From the NCBI RefSeq assembly GCF_001194135.2, contig NC_068983.1, positions 137,799,806-137,863,805 of the forward strand: DNA of 64,000 nt, read 5' to 3'. The first letter of the stretch is position 1, and every line of letters begins with the position of its first letter. Source of the DNA: Octopus bimaculoides. Its lineage: Eukaryota. Under the pieces are notes generated by a model. It was given only the letters and a program-made list of their open reading frames with translations. It did no database searches and was not told the DNA's origin. This document shows, one piece after another, positions 51,871-64,000 of the stretch. The translations under genes were made by a program, and so were the position numbers.

Positions 51871-53634
51871 TGGGTGAAGAAGGAAAAGAATGGTGCAATC
51901 AAGACAAAATTGAAAATGTCATTGTGACTAGCTGTGTACAATAGCATCTGGTCTGGTCGATATTGTGATACTGTGGTATGATATAAACACACTAATAAAC
52001 AATAATGAAAGTCGAACATGCGTCACATGTCTACAAGTTCACCCATCTTTACATCTACTTCATATATGCATGAAGTAACTCATTCACATTCCAAGGACTG
52101 TTTTGACGCAAACTTTGTTAGTCATTTGCTTTAATCTTGTGGAGGGAAAACATTATAAATCTCAAAGAAAATACATACATACATATACAAGTACACATAC
52201 ATAAATACATGCATGCATACATACATGTGTATATATAAATATGCACACATACGCGCGCGAACACACACACAAAACACGCTTATATACTTGTGTGTATATG
52301 TACTTGTGAACTGTGTATTGTAGCGAATGGAAAATTTCATTTATTTATTTATATTCTATATATATCACGAATAACACACGTAAATATATTGCAAGGATAA
52401 CTACGATCTTGTGAATACTAAACATTATATATTAACAACATTAAATGATATTCATTTCTAAAAATGAAAAATATGGAATGATTTGCAATTTACAGCTTTC
52501 TCTTACATTTATGGAATGCAAAGATCCAGTTTTAGTAATTTAAAACATACTCTTAAAATGTGTGGTTGATATATGTGTTTATATGCATGTATACATATAC
52601 ATGTCTCCGTATGTTTTTTTGCATTTAGTGTCAGTTACTCTGAATGAATACAACTGTAACCTCTCATTTGATCTCATCTCCATATTGTAAGTAATTTATT
52701 ACATGGTACATGAATAAATATATTCAAACAGTCCATTGCAGCACTGCTTATTAACCTCTTTGGGAAACGATCTCGATTAGAAATAATATACTTTATAGCA
52801 GCATTGTTAATAAAATCTCCGAGGAGATCAAATGCTTCCAAGTTAAAAAAGTTTTTTTTTAGTTAGACATTCTGACCAGAGTTATTGCATCTTGTTACAA
52901 AATCTGACAACTTATAATTTAACTTTTTTTGCATATTTGTATATATTTTTGAATATTCTTGTCTCACTTTTTAATTTCTGTTTATATAATATCAGTAATA
53001 TCAAATTTTCTTTAAACTCTCGTTTTATCTTTTGTAAAGATATAAACAGAAAATTTAAATGCGATATAGAGATGATGATTGCTGCTGCTGCTGCTGCTGG
53101 TGTTGCTTATTATGATGATAATCATAATAAATGTTATAGTTAGATTGAAGAAACCGACAATTCTACCAGGCAGTTAGGACAGTGAAGTAGATAATTCAGA
53201 AGTCTAGGGACGGAGATAACACAAGGGCTCAAAAATGCATACTTCCTTTTGCAAATATTTGGAAATTGGTGACAGTAAAATTGTGTGTTAGAGGTCATTA
53301 AAACTTATCTCAATGACAAGAATATTCCATAAATACATTTGTAGTGCCAGCAATAATATAACCCCGTTGGCTTGTATCGTTACAGAGCTAAATCCTGTAA
53401 AAATCTGTTAAAGAGAAACCTATTAAAAAAAAGCAAAAACAAAAGAACTTACGCTGTACAAATGTGACACTAAACGACTGTTCATTCATAGAAAAGTGGC
53501 TTGTTGGGAACTGTTGAGTAACAGGAAGTAGCATAAAAAGGCAGTCACTCATCTTGCCCACTATATTTCCAATTTACAAGAAGACCTGCTACATGCTCTT
53601 GTTCACTATTTTAAAAAGATAGCAAGTCAATTAT

Positions 53635-54140
53635 ATTCTTGAAACGAAATTCTCACGAGCAGTTGGCTTAGACCTCGAAAAAGTAAAAATATGCGCAACT
53701 TCTAACAGGGACAAAGACAAAGACAACAGCTGCTCACCTCGGACGAGTAGAGAAATGTAGTTTTTGGAATGCTCTAGGTTGTACTGGGTGGAGCACTTCC
53801 TTGGTTCCTGGATTTTCAAGTAAAATGGGACAGGACGAAGGAGTTTTCCATGCCTATGAAACTGAAAGAGAGTTTATGTTGGGTAAATCTTCCCTCGAAA
53901 TTATTAGTAGAAAGTTCCGCGTACTTTCTCGGGATATAACCAGGTGGGATGAGAATCGTTCTGTTGACGACTGTCTTGAGGAGGAAGAATGTCTCAGGTG
54001 GATAGATGTTTGATTTCGGTAGTTGTAAGCAGGTGATTGATGTGAAGTCTGCGGTTGTATGCCTTTTCTGATGTAGCGTGTGATACTGCAATTATTATTT
54101 TCTGGGCACGAGTAACTAATTTTAAGAAGAAAGGCGGAAT
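53635..54140 (-). mobile_element. PLE (Naiad-like) linker plus GIY-YIG remnant (3' part of split element)
   Basis: LKISYSC; RKYAELSTNNFEGRFTQHKLSF..NSFVLS; CCLCLC. Confidence 0.65.
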
Positions 54141-55618
54141 GTACATTTGGTGCAATGCAGTCAACAGGGGCAGTGCCTGAGATGGGAGGAAAACGTGGTC
54201 AGTCGCAGAATCTCATGGAAGGAACTTTGGGCTTGGGAACAAGCAAGAACAGCCTTCCTGATCAAGTCTACTTTCGACGTTCTACCCTCNNNNNNNNNNN
54301 NNNNNNNNNNNNNNNNNNNNNNNNNNNNNNNNNNNNNNNNNNNNNNNNNNNNNNNNNNNNNNNNNNNNNNNNNNNNNNNNNNNNNNNNNNNNNNNNNNNN
54401 NNNNNNNNNNNNNNNNNNNNNNNNNNNNNNNNNNNNNNNNNNNNNNNNNNNNNNNNNNNNNNNNNNNNNNNNNNNNNNNNNNNNNNNNNNNNNNNNNNNN
54501 NNNNNNNNNNNNNNNNNNNNNNNNNNNNNNNNNNNNNNNNNNNNNNNNNNNNNNNNNNNNNNNNNNNNNNNNNNNNNNNNNNNNNNNNNNNNNNNNNNNN
54601 NNNNNNNNNNNNNNNNNNNNNNNNNNNNNNNNNNNNNNNNNNNNNNNNNNNNNNNNNNNNNNNNNNNNNNNNNNNNNNNNNNNNNNNNNNNNNNNNNNNN
54701 NNNNNNNNNNNNNNNNNNNNNNNNNNNNNNNNNNNNNNNNNNNNNNNNNNNNNNNNNNNNNNNNNNNNNNNNNNNNNNNNNNNNNNNNNNNNNNNNNNNN
54801 NNNNNNNNNNNNNNNNNNNNNNNNNNNNNNNNNNNNNNNNNNNNNNNNNNNNNNNNNNNNNNNNNNNNNNNNNNNNNNNNNNNNNNNNNNNNNNNNNNNN
54901 NNNNNNNNNNNNNNNNNNNNNNNNNNNNNNNNNNNNNNNNNNNNNNNNNNNNNNNNNNNNNNNNNNNNNNNNNNNNNNNNNNNNNNNNNNNNNNNNNNNN
55001 NNNNNNNNNNNNNNNNNNNNNNNNNNNNNNNNNNNNNNNNNNNNNNNNNNNNNNNNNNNNNNNNNNNNNNNNNNNNNNNNNNNNNNNNNNNNNNNNNNNN
55101 NNNNNNNNNNNNNNNNNNNNNNNNNNNNNNNNNNNNNNNNNNNNNNNNNNNNNNNNNNNNNNNNNNNNNNNNNNNNNNNNNNNNNNNNNNNNNNNNNNNN
55201 NNNNNNNNNNNNNNNNNNNNNNNNNNNNNNNNNNNNNNNNNNNNNNNNNNNNNNNNNNNNNNNNNNNNNNNNNNNNNACTGCCTACTGGACCCTAGCAGC
55301 GGGAAATTTAGACAATGTCACGTGACAACTAGCTGGGGCTGCCTGCTGGAGCCTAGCAGCAGATATAAAAAGGGGAACTTGACATGACGATCAGTCGGAC
55401 GCTGACACTCGTTGATGCTGCATCGAAGAGGCCAGGGAATAGAAGAAAGAAGACATGCACCCAACACCAGAGCTGAAGACACCTCCGAAAGGAGGGGCCC
55501 CGCTACGTCAAAACGGTAGAGGAGTAGGGGCCGAAACCGGACGTGGTTCCTCCTGATGATGTCTTGAGCTAACTGGATCCTATAAAGGAGCTGTTGTGGT
55601 AGCAGACCACGAAACATG
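54141..55618 (+). mobile_element. HERO-like (R2-group) non-LTR retrotransposon, 5'-truncated, spanning a gap
   Basis: QQGQCLRWE..VSRRISWKELWAWEQARTAFLIKSTFDVLP matches a recalled HERO motif. Continuity across the roughly 1-kb gap is inferred. Confidence 0.5.
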
Positions 55619-56330
55619 GGTGGAATTCCTCCATGTGTGCATGAGCAATGTTGCCTAATTACGGATAAAATGCCCCTGAATATATTCATGGAGATATATA
55701 GCTTTATCGGGTGAATATATGCCTTTCATGTATATCAAATTCCTATTAAAGTTACTAACGCTAAGTTTTTAATGAAGGGTATCTCTGTCGAAGAATCTGC
55801 ATTTGAGATAGATTGGAAATTCTTCTACTGATACCGACTAATAAGTTTCCAACTAGAACTGAGAGTTGGAGGTAATTGTAATTCCTATTAATATACAAGG
55901 GTTCCTCATTAGCCTTTATGAGAGAGTAGAATTTCCTAATCTTGAAATCTGAAGTAACATCTGAGAATTTGATATTCAAGTAGATATAAAGGCTAAACTT
56001 CTGTCGACAGCATTCATAGTACTTTAATTTGCCAGATCGTAGCATCTATACTCGACTGAGCTGTGTAGAGTTGTGCAATTCTTGAGGGAGATCCAAGATA
56101 AATTCAGAGAGATCTGTGATCTTAGTTCAATCATAACCTCTGATGGAGTCGTGTTGCCTTTCTTTTTGAAAGAATAGGGGTCATCATGATATAAGAGAGA
56201 CCTATTAGAGTTCATAATCATTCTAATATTGACAAAAAGAGGATTAGACGGATGCGTTGTAAGTTTTACTTTGTGAAATCTATTACTGATATAGTTGAAA
56301 GTGCCTGCTTCTGAAAAAGGAGCTAATAAC
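55619..56330 (-). mobile_element. PLE (Naiad-like) RT remnant (5' part of split element)
   Basis: RSLLYHDDPYSFKKKGN; FSDVTSDF; EPLYINRN; GISRRISNLS; NIFRGILSVIRQH parallel the 44.5-45.6 kb copy. Confidence 0.7.
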
Positions 56331-56331
56331 A

Positions 56332-56369
<38 letters not shown>

Positions 56370-57439
56370 NNNNNNNNNNATATATATATATATATACATC
56401 AAAAAATCATCACACATAAATGTTAGTTCGTATGCACACCTGTACAAACATGGATCAATTTACCTTTCATATACTTCCTAAGCCCCGGAACAAAGTATGT
56501 TGTTGCGATTCATATTCCTCCCTACATTGCAATTTTTGAAATACAATTAAGAATCCCACCTCTCAGAAATTTCGAGTGGCTTCCTAACGTTATAAATGCT
56601 ACAAGTCTTTCTATTTCAACAAGTGTCGTGAACTTCCAGTCATCGGGCGAATCTGGAAAAGTGTTTTTAATTTGATTTGTTAAACATATCTCTCCTCTAC
56701 TCAACTTTACGTATTGAGCTCTCTATAAGATAATGTTTGCATCATGTACAATATACACATATGTATATGTGTGTTTTATACACACACACATAAATGTGCG
56801 TGTGAGCATGTATGAAGGATTCATGCATGTATATGTGCGTGTATGAATGTGTATGTGTGTCTGTATTAGGTAGAAAAACGCACATGAGCACACACGCATT
56901 GTGTATAAGTATAATTTATGTACGTATGTATATCAATATATTTCAATATATATATACAAACGTACATAAAAATACACACACGTACATAAAAATACACACA
57001 AACATGTATACATTTATACGCATGCACACGCTGTTATTTACATATGCATGCTCATATTTAAAACGTATATTTGTTTGGACAGTTCATTCAGTTATTTGGG
57101 ATTGGTAATAAAAATGTGCGATAAAAACTGAAAATCGTTATTGGCTGCCATAAATTAATAAATTCTCAAATATTGTATAAAATCTTTTTTCGAAATAAGA
57201 GAAATCTCAAACATTTTATTTTATTGACTTGTTGCTATTATCAACAACAGAAATTGATAGCTTTTATGAAAGTGGATTTCCGCAGAATAATTCTTGCTTT
57301 TAATACAGCAAATCATGTGAACGATTATTAGTTGTAAGATTTTGAGATTTCACTATCCGTTTTGAAGAAATTTAATATATTTCCAGATTGTCAGAAGCGT
57401 TGGACAAAGTAGCTTACATTCGGTTCCTCCAGTTACACT

Positions 57440-57548
57440 AAGGTCATCTTTGCCTTTCATCTTTCCAACGACGATAAAATAAACGCCAGTTGATGCTAGA
57501 TTAGATGTCATTGACTGTATCATCTCCCTAAATTTCTGTCTATGTCCA
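57440..57548 (+). mobile_element. SINE-M decayed central fragment
   Basis: aaggtcatctttgcctttcatc...cgataaaataaacgccagtt. Confidence 0.4.
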
Positions 57549-59244
57549 TGTAGAAAATCATTATTATTGATACTGCTCGCTGTGGACGGTCGCTTCACAG
57601 ATCATCGCTTAGAAAATATTTCTTCCAGGGTTATTTCTGAATTTATATTTATTCTTTTCTCTGGGATAGAAAAGAAGATTCTTCTTTAGACATTTTTACT
57701 GTGTGGATATATATTTGAAAAAAATACCTCATTTTGCTTCGTTTTCAGTAAGGCAATCTCTGAGCAGTGAGAAGAGCAGGTGGTAACCACAAAAGAGGAT
57801 GTAGCAAATGCCCCTGTCGAAGTTTAAAAGACAATAGCAAAAGCAGCAGTAGCAGTAGCGGCGGCTGCAGCAGCAACAATAGCAGCAGCAACAATAGCAG
57901 CAGCAGCACCACCACCACTACCAACAGCAGTTACAACTCATCACTTTTAATGCTGCTAACCGAAAGAAATACAAGTTATAAAAAAATTCTAGGTAACGGG
58001 AAATGCATAGAGGTGATATATTACAAAAGTCAGTGTCCTTGCCCAACGAATTCATAGAAGGAAGAGTTTAAAGAAAAATGGCATAATTTGTTTTTTTAGT
58101 AAACTGAGGAGGCTTTTACATGTTTTTGAAAGGGAAGTTTGAGGAAACCCTAATTTGCTGGATGTGTACTCCACTGACCGGGGAATGGGCATATTAAAGC
58201 GTGTGCCAGTATTTAAAAGTGTGTCGGAGAAGAGGTAGGCATAGCTGTGCGACACTCACCTGACAACGTTGCAGTAAATGAAGAAAAAGGAATTGCAAAG
58301 ATATTTGGATGTGCCTTGTTTTCTGACTTGTCACATTTTCCGAATATTGTGGTCATGTGGTGTGTGCGGATGTGACCTGCAGCATCATATGATTCGTTGC
58401 AGGCGGCATAGATCTCCAAGTTCTGATAAACCCTCGAACACTACAGGGCTAAAAGAACGGAGAAGACATCAATTAAAAAGGTGTTGTAGGACAATTCCAG
58501 TTGCTGTGCGTGTCATAGTAAAGAAGACTTGAAAGTCTTCTGTTCAGAGGAGAAAAGAGAAGTAAAAAAGAGAGCGGAAGAAAGCAACAGAAACAGAAAC
58601 TGAATCAGTATTTCCGAAAAGTGAAGTCCATGGCTACTATTACTATTGAATATCACAGGTCACAGCTCCGAGGATAGCCAGAGCAGAAGAAAATGAAATC
58701 GCTTTCAACGGCAAAGACCGGTCAGAGGCTAGGGTAGTAGTGTCACTGTTTCATGGCGATGAAAGAGAACATGGAGACCAGATCAGATAAAGGTGGGTAA
58801 TTATCACTGATGGTATATATATATAAGAAGGGCAGTAAAATAGAATTATTTTAGACTGAAGGTGAATAAAAGACTGGAAGTCTCTCCAGAAGTGGATCCG
58901 ATAATCCTTGGATAAATGATAAATGACATTGATTGCCTCTTTTGGTTCAGCCAATTATATTGTCCAATTGAACCAACAGAGAAGGTTCAATGTGGTACGC
59001 ATTCTGCGGTATATATATTTTCATATACGTTGCACTGTATCTTAGTTGTTAAATAGCTTTAAGCATAGCAAAAATTGGTTTAGTTCACTTTTACATTCAC
59101 AAAGAATGCTCATTAAATGGTAATGATCTGAGCAACTATTGCGAAAAATATAAAATATTTCAAATTTAATTATAAAAATAGTTAGTATTGTACCCCACAC
59201 TCTATGTACTAACGAAATGCTATTATTATTATATTAATGTTATT

Positions 59245-59620
59245 TCGTTTCTTTGTGTTGTACTTCGTCTAGTTTATTGATTCCTAACTATCTGTATGTT
59301 GGGTGTAATTCTCTTCCGTTTCATTATCTGTTTCAGTTTCTTATCATTATATTTAGCATGATATGAGTACTCTTAATTAATTTTCTTTTATGTTGCCTTG
59401 GCATCTTACGCTAATCCGAATTTAATGTCAGTTCTTCTAGTAATCTGTTACTGTCAGCAGCGTACGACTTGAGGTCATTCATATACAAAAGATAGTTGAT
59501 TGTCTTCCCATAGAATTTGTATCCAAGTCCAGATTGATTTAATATGTTAGCTACAGATGTTATCATCAGCGAGAAGACTGGTGTGAAGAAGTTGCATTAT
59601 TGTTCTTCTAATAGAAATGA
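59245..59620 (-). mobile_element. Dong/R4-type RT fragment
   Basis: GLGYKFYGKTINYLLYMNDLKSYA; KFGL; TYR*LGINKLDEVQHKE. Confidence 0.7.
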
Positions 59621-60119
59621 CTTTAGTTTTTAAAATTCTCTCTTTTGTCTGTGCTCATGACGTCTAATGATAATTGTTGGTGCACATTACTCATGGCTAA
59701 TGTTGTCATGATCTGCATGTGGGCAATGAAATGAATAGCTAAAAATATCTATATTCAGCAGACATTCTGCTCAAAAGGTCCCTGAATAAAGGTTGTTTAA
59801 GGATGTTGAACGAAACTCCCATGTTCTCAGAGGTGATTTATTCAAACCCCAAAGAATTCCTCTCAACACATAGCTATGATGCTCCCCCACTACTTCTGAT
59901 CGTGATTATAGATGCACATATTGTCAGTCACTAAGAAACATATTCAACTGGTTAAGGTCAAAGAACTGACAAGCAAATCTGTGTTATTGAGCAGGATATT
60001 TGCTGTAGCCTATCTTTCACACGAAGGTAACACTTCCAATCATTTATGATCAGAAGCCATGAGAGCCACTACTTGGTAGTATATCAAGGCAATTATTATT
60101 TTGGTTTGGCTCGAGTTCG

Positions 60120-60338
60120 GTCTTATTCCTGGTCGGATTCATGTGGGTAGCGGGTTACTTACAACCTCTAACCTTGGGTATCCACAAGTTTTCATCAGTC
60201 TTTCTAGTACTAAGAATCCTCCTGATAATCCTTGCTGTCCCTAAGAGATAAACTTTCTCTAGGAGCTCTATCGGGCATTCTATTTCAAACTCCTTCAGCC
60301 ATTTGTCTATATCTTTGCTTACTGTTCCCTATGCACCA

Positions 60339-60394
<56 letters not shown>

Positions 60395-60960
60395 NNNNNN
60401 NNNNNNNNNNNNNNNNNNNNNNNNNNNNNNNNNNNNNNNNNNNNNNNNNNNNNNNNNNNNNNNNNNNNNNNNNNNNNNNNNNNNNNNNNNNNNNNNNNNN
60501 NNNNNNNNNNNNNNNNNNNNNNNNNNNNNNNNNNNNNNNNNNNNNNNNNNNNNNNNNNNNNNNNNNNNNNNNNNNNNNNNNNNNNNNNNNNNNNNNNNNN
60601 NNNNNNNNNNNNNNNNNNNNNNNNNNNNNNNNNNNNNNNNNNNNNNNNNNNNNNNNNNNNNNNNNNNNNNNNNNNNNNNNNNNNNNNNNNNNNNNNNNNN
60701 NNNNNNNNNNNNNNNNNNNNNNNNNNNNNNNNNNNNNNNNNNNNNNNNNNNNNNNNNNNNNNNNNNNNNNNNNNNNNNNNNNNNNNNNNNNNNNNNNNNN
60801 NNNNNNNNNNNNNNNNNNNNNNNNNNNNNNNNNNNNNNNNNNNNNACACTTTCCATTTGCTTGATTCTTTCCATTCGAGAAGCAACACCTGTTTTAAGAT
60901 TTTGTATTTGCAAACTTTTGGCTTTCTCAAGAGACAGATCCTATGAAGAAATAATATTTA
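60120..60960 (-). mobile_element. Dong/R4-type C-terminus and 3'UTR, interrupted by (TAA)n and a gap
   Basis: EKAKSLQIQNLKTGVASRME...IIGA*GTVSKDIDKWL..LLGTARIIRRIL. Confidence 0.65.
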
Positions 60961-61270
60961 TAACATTCACTGGTGCCAAATATAATACACGGGGAATGAA
61001 AAAGAGTTTCACCTAAAAGAGAGGGGGGAGAGAGAGAGAGAGATAGATAGGGAGGGAAAGAGAGAGAGAGGAAGAGAAATGGAGCGAGAAAAATAGAGAG
61101 AAATAGAATGACAGAGAGATGGTCAGAGAAATGTATACAACACCACTAATGTAGCCATGGTAACGACAGATTGCATCAGAGGAAAAATAAGAATTCGGTG
61201 TCTAACACTACGAAAACAACAACCATTACAACATTTAGAGTAGTTGGCTTAATACTTCGGTTATACAAGT

Positions 61271-61422
61271 AGACGGCGAATCATTTGACAGAATTAGTAG
61301 GATCATACAAAATGCCTTGCGTTATTTCACGGCCCTTTATATTCCAAAGTTCAAATCCCGACAAGGTTGAGTGTATTTTCATTCTCCCGGGGCTCGATAA
61401 AACAAAGCACTAGCCAAATACT
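61271..61422 (+). mobile_element. SINE-M decayed copy
   Basis: aagttcaaatcccgacaaggttga...ggggctcgataaaacaaagcac. Confidence 0.5.
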
Positions 61423-61536
61423 TTATTTCTAACTTCGTGCATATACATATATATCATCATCATAATCCTCATATAAGCGTCGTCAGCATCATCGTCGTCG
61501 TCAACATCATCATCATCGTCATCGTCGTCGTCGTCG

Positions 61537-61578
<42 letters not shown>

Positions 61579-63118
61579 CCATCATCATTTCCTCTTCCGA
61601 AGATCCAGTGTCAATGAATAACGAAGAAAAAAATGCCCGAAAAAATATGAAAAGCTTGAAGGACACCCGTGTAAGTAATACAATAACTTAGTGTTATTTT
61701 ATTGTTTTACTTGACACAGGAAATATATTGCATTCACATAAACGGTCATCACGTGTGAACACAATCTCCAGGTAGATTCAACCTACATATATACACATGC
61801 ACACGCGCGCGCGCACATGCAGACACACAGAGAGACACAAAGGTCCCACACTGACAAACACTCATGCGTACACACACACACACAAACGTACGCATACACT
61901 GCAACAATACGCACGGAACATTCAGTGACTGATTTAAAGAACCAGAAACAATACCCGGCTGGTTTACAAACTGTAAAACTATTTTACTGTTTAAGAGTAG
62001 AAGAAACAACCTCCATTATCCAAGTACAAAGTCATAACTTGCCTATTTGCAGCTTAAAAGACGTAACTGCAAACAGCAGTTCACTCTCAGAAGAATAGAA
62101 ATACCACAAGTGGTTTCATATGGTTGTAAAGTCATAAACGAAAGACTGAGCATGACGTAATTTGACAGCAAAAAAGTGTTTGAGCAGCATCTCTTACATA
62201 TAGATTCTGGAAACATTAGAGTTAGGTAATGTAGCAATAGTAATAATAAAGAACATACGGCAAACAATTCCGCGAATAGAAACAAAAGTGGGAATTATAA
62301 AAATAAATCCCATTTCCATTAGAAGAGTTTGCCGATGAGACTACTTTTCTACACACACTTTTACGTTTGAATGCCCTTCCATAACATTTTTATGAATCTA
62401 GGTGATTTAGCATTTTAACTAAGAGCTAACTCAAGCAAATTCAGATACAATGAGACACGGATACAATGGAAGGACAGCTAGGCATAGTTTGTTTTGGATT
62501 ACAAAGTTTTACGCTGCAGATAAAGTTGTGGGTACACTGATACAGATATTACATAGATTTATATGCTATTCAGTAAAGCAAAGCCGGCGAGAAGAAAATT
62601 AAAAAATCTCACTATTATCATGTCAGGCAGAGGGCCAGGTATAAATATACTTCGCATAGACTTACAAATTAATTACACACAAAAAGAAAAAGTTTAAGGA
62701 AAAGGCATATTATATTATCACTTGAAACAGAATTTTATGCAAAATACAAACTAATTGGCATTAATGTTTTAACTGTTCTTGTAATAAATTAGTTATATTA
62801 TTCCAAACTGTATTAAGTCTAAATAAAAAAATAAAAGCAATGACTGCATTTTGTATACCCGATTCCAAATCCGAAGCAAGAAGGCTACAGGTAAAGAAGT
62901 TTTCTCTAAATGTGTCCATTTTAAGCGTTACTACTGGAATATTAGATCTCCCCGTTTGCTGGTTAGGCTATGTTGGGTCTGTAAGGGCTTTTCATCCTCT
63001 GATCAAGGGAAAATAACCCGCCCTCATTAATGTTTTCATACGTTAGTCGTTAAATCTCGATATCTAAGCGTTTCCTCACGTCCGCCTGGTAGAAAGTTTA
63101 ACTTTTTTGCCTTTGTAC

Positions 63119-63180
63119 GGAGACTGACGAGCTGTCCACAAGGCTGTGGCTTTCGTGGATACGAAACCTTTGGTAACAAT
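63119..63180 (+). ncRNA. Hammerhead-like motif with intact core and long helix II; helix I not formed
   Basis: CTGACGA-G(C)TGTCCAC...GTGGATAC-GAAAC-CTTTG-GTA. The flanks do not pair. Confidence 0.4.
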
Positions 63181-64000
63181 ATGATCAGAATTTAACTTTT
63201 TGTTTTAGAGTATGCTTCTTTTCTGATATATGTTTTATTGACTACACACAAACACACAATTTAGTCATAAGGAATCATTAGAATCCAGGCACATCGACAC
63301 ATAGAACGTCAGAAATGGGTAGGCACGATACTATAGAGCTTACAGTAAGGCAAACAACATCGAAGGCATCAACTTTAACTGTAGATCCGTCTCTGGAATG
63401 CTAGAGCCTGAGCTGCTATGTATTATAATTAAGCAACATCATGATGTTCCATGATGTTGCTTTATTAAATACAATAAAACGCCTCAGAGAATGACAAAGT
63501 GACAATACTGTGTAATGCGTCAATTCTGGATTTTGTTGTCCAGACTATCAGAGAATTAATGGTCCGGACTATTGATAAAGATATTTTTTCCTAACAAACA
63601 GTCAGGTATACCAAAAGAAATGGAGAAAATATCAATAAAATAACGATGAATAATTGAAATAAAAATAATCAATAGCCATCGTGACAGATGCATTAGAATG
63701 ATTAAAATGTTGCATAACCCAGATTCCAGGAATTATAAGCATTGCATACATATTGCATAGAATACTTCATGTGTATTATGAAGTAAGAAATAAGCAACAT
63801 AAAACATTGCACACATTCAAGCTAAACAGATCTGTATTCAGTTGTATACTTAAAAATGAATATAGTATTCGCTATATGTGCCAAAACTGTGGTAAAAAGA
63901 AGCAAATTAATTAAAAATAAGAATATTAAATTAGATTTAGACATTGTAATCAGATAATTAGTACAAAACTACTCATACAAACACTAAGAAATAAATGATC

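Noticed and set aside
44545-56330. Selenocysteine (in-frame TGA) usage in Naiad-like PLEs
   Set aside because: No TGA was seen at conserved Cys positions in the readable fragments, and no SECIS was recognised.
59755-60090. Block I recall as a common octopus repeat
   Set aside because: There is no second copy in the window and no diagnostic motif, so the call would rest on memory alone.

Overview
Eukaryotic, AT-rich, microsatellite-saturated draft-assembly DNA with 24 N-gaps (about 6 kb in total). The SINE repertoire points to a coleoid cephalopod, most likely Octopus (inference from recalled repeat families, not a database result). No host protein-coding gene, tRNA gene, rRNA or CRISPR array can be supported. 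Nearly all track ORFs are artefacts of simple repeats, N-runs or decayed transposons. The window is a retroelement graveyard. It holds three recurring tRNA-derived SINE families (labelled here SINE-M, SINE-C, SINE-R), RTE, Dong/R4-type and HERO-type non-LTR fragments, at least two clades of Penelope-like elements (PLEs; RT and GIY-YIG remnants), Tc1/mariner ends and a foldback/MITE. The main hidden signal is a set of about 11 type I hammerhead ribozyme (HHR) motifs from about 7 sequence families, read by eye on both strands. Most have a self-complementary helix III. Two pairs sit head-to-head in inverted repeats, one lies in a 285-nt retrozyme-like direct repeat, and one (31031-31100) is nearly intact. 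Several nested insertions carry readable target-site duplications (TSDs). All protein and RNA assignments are manual motif recognition; no searches or folding were run.
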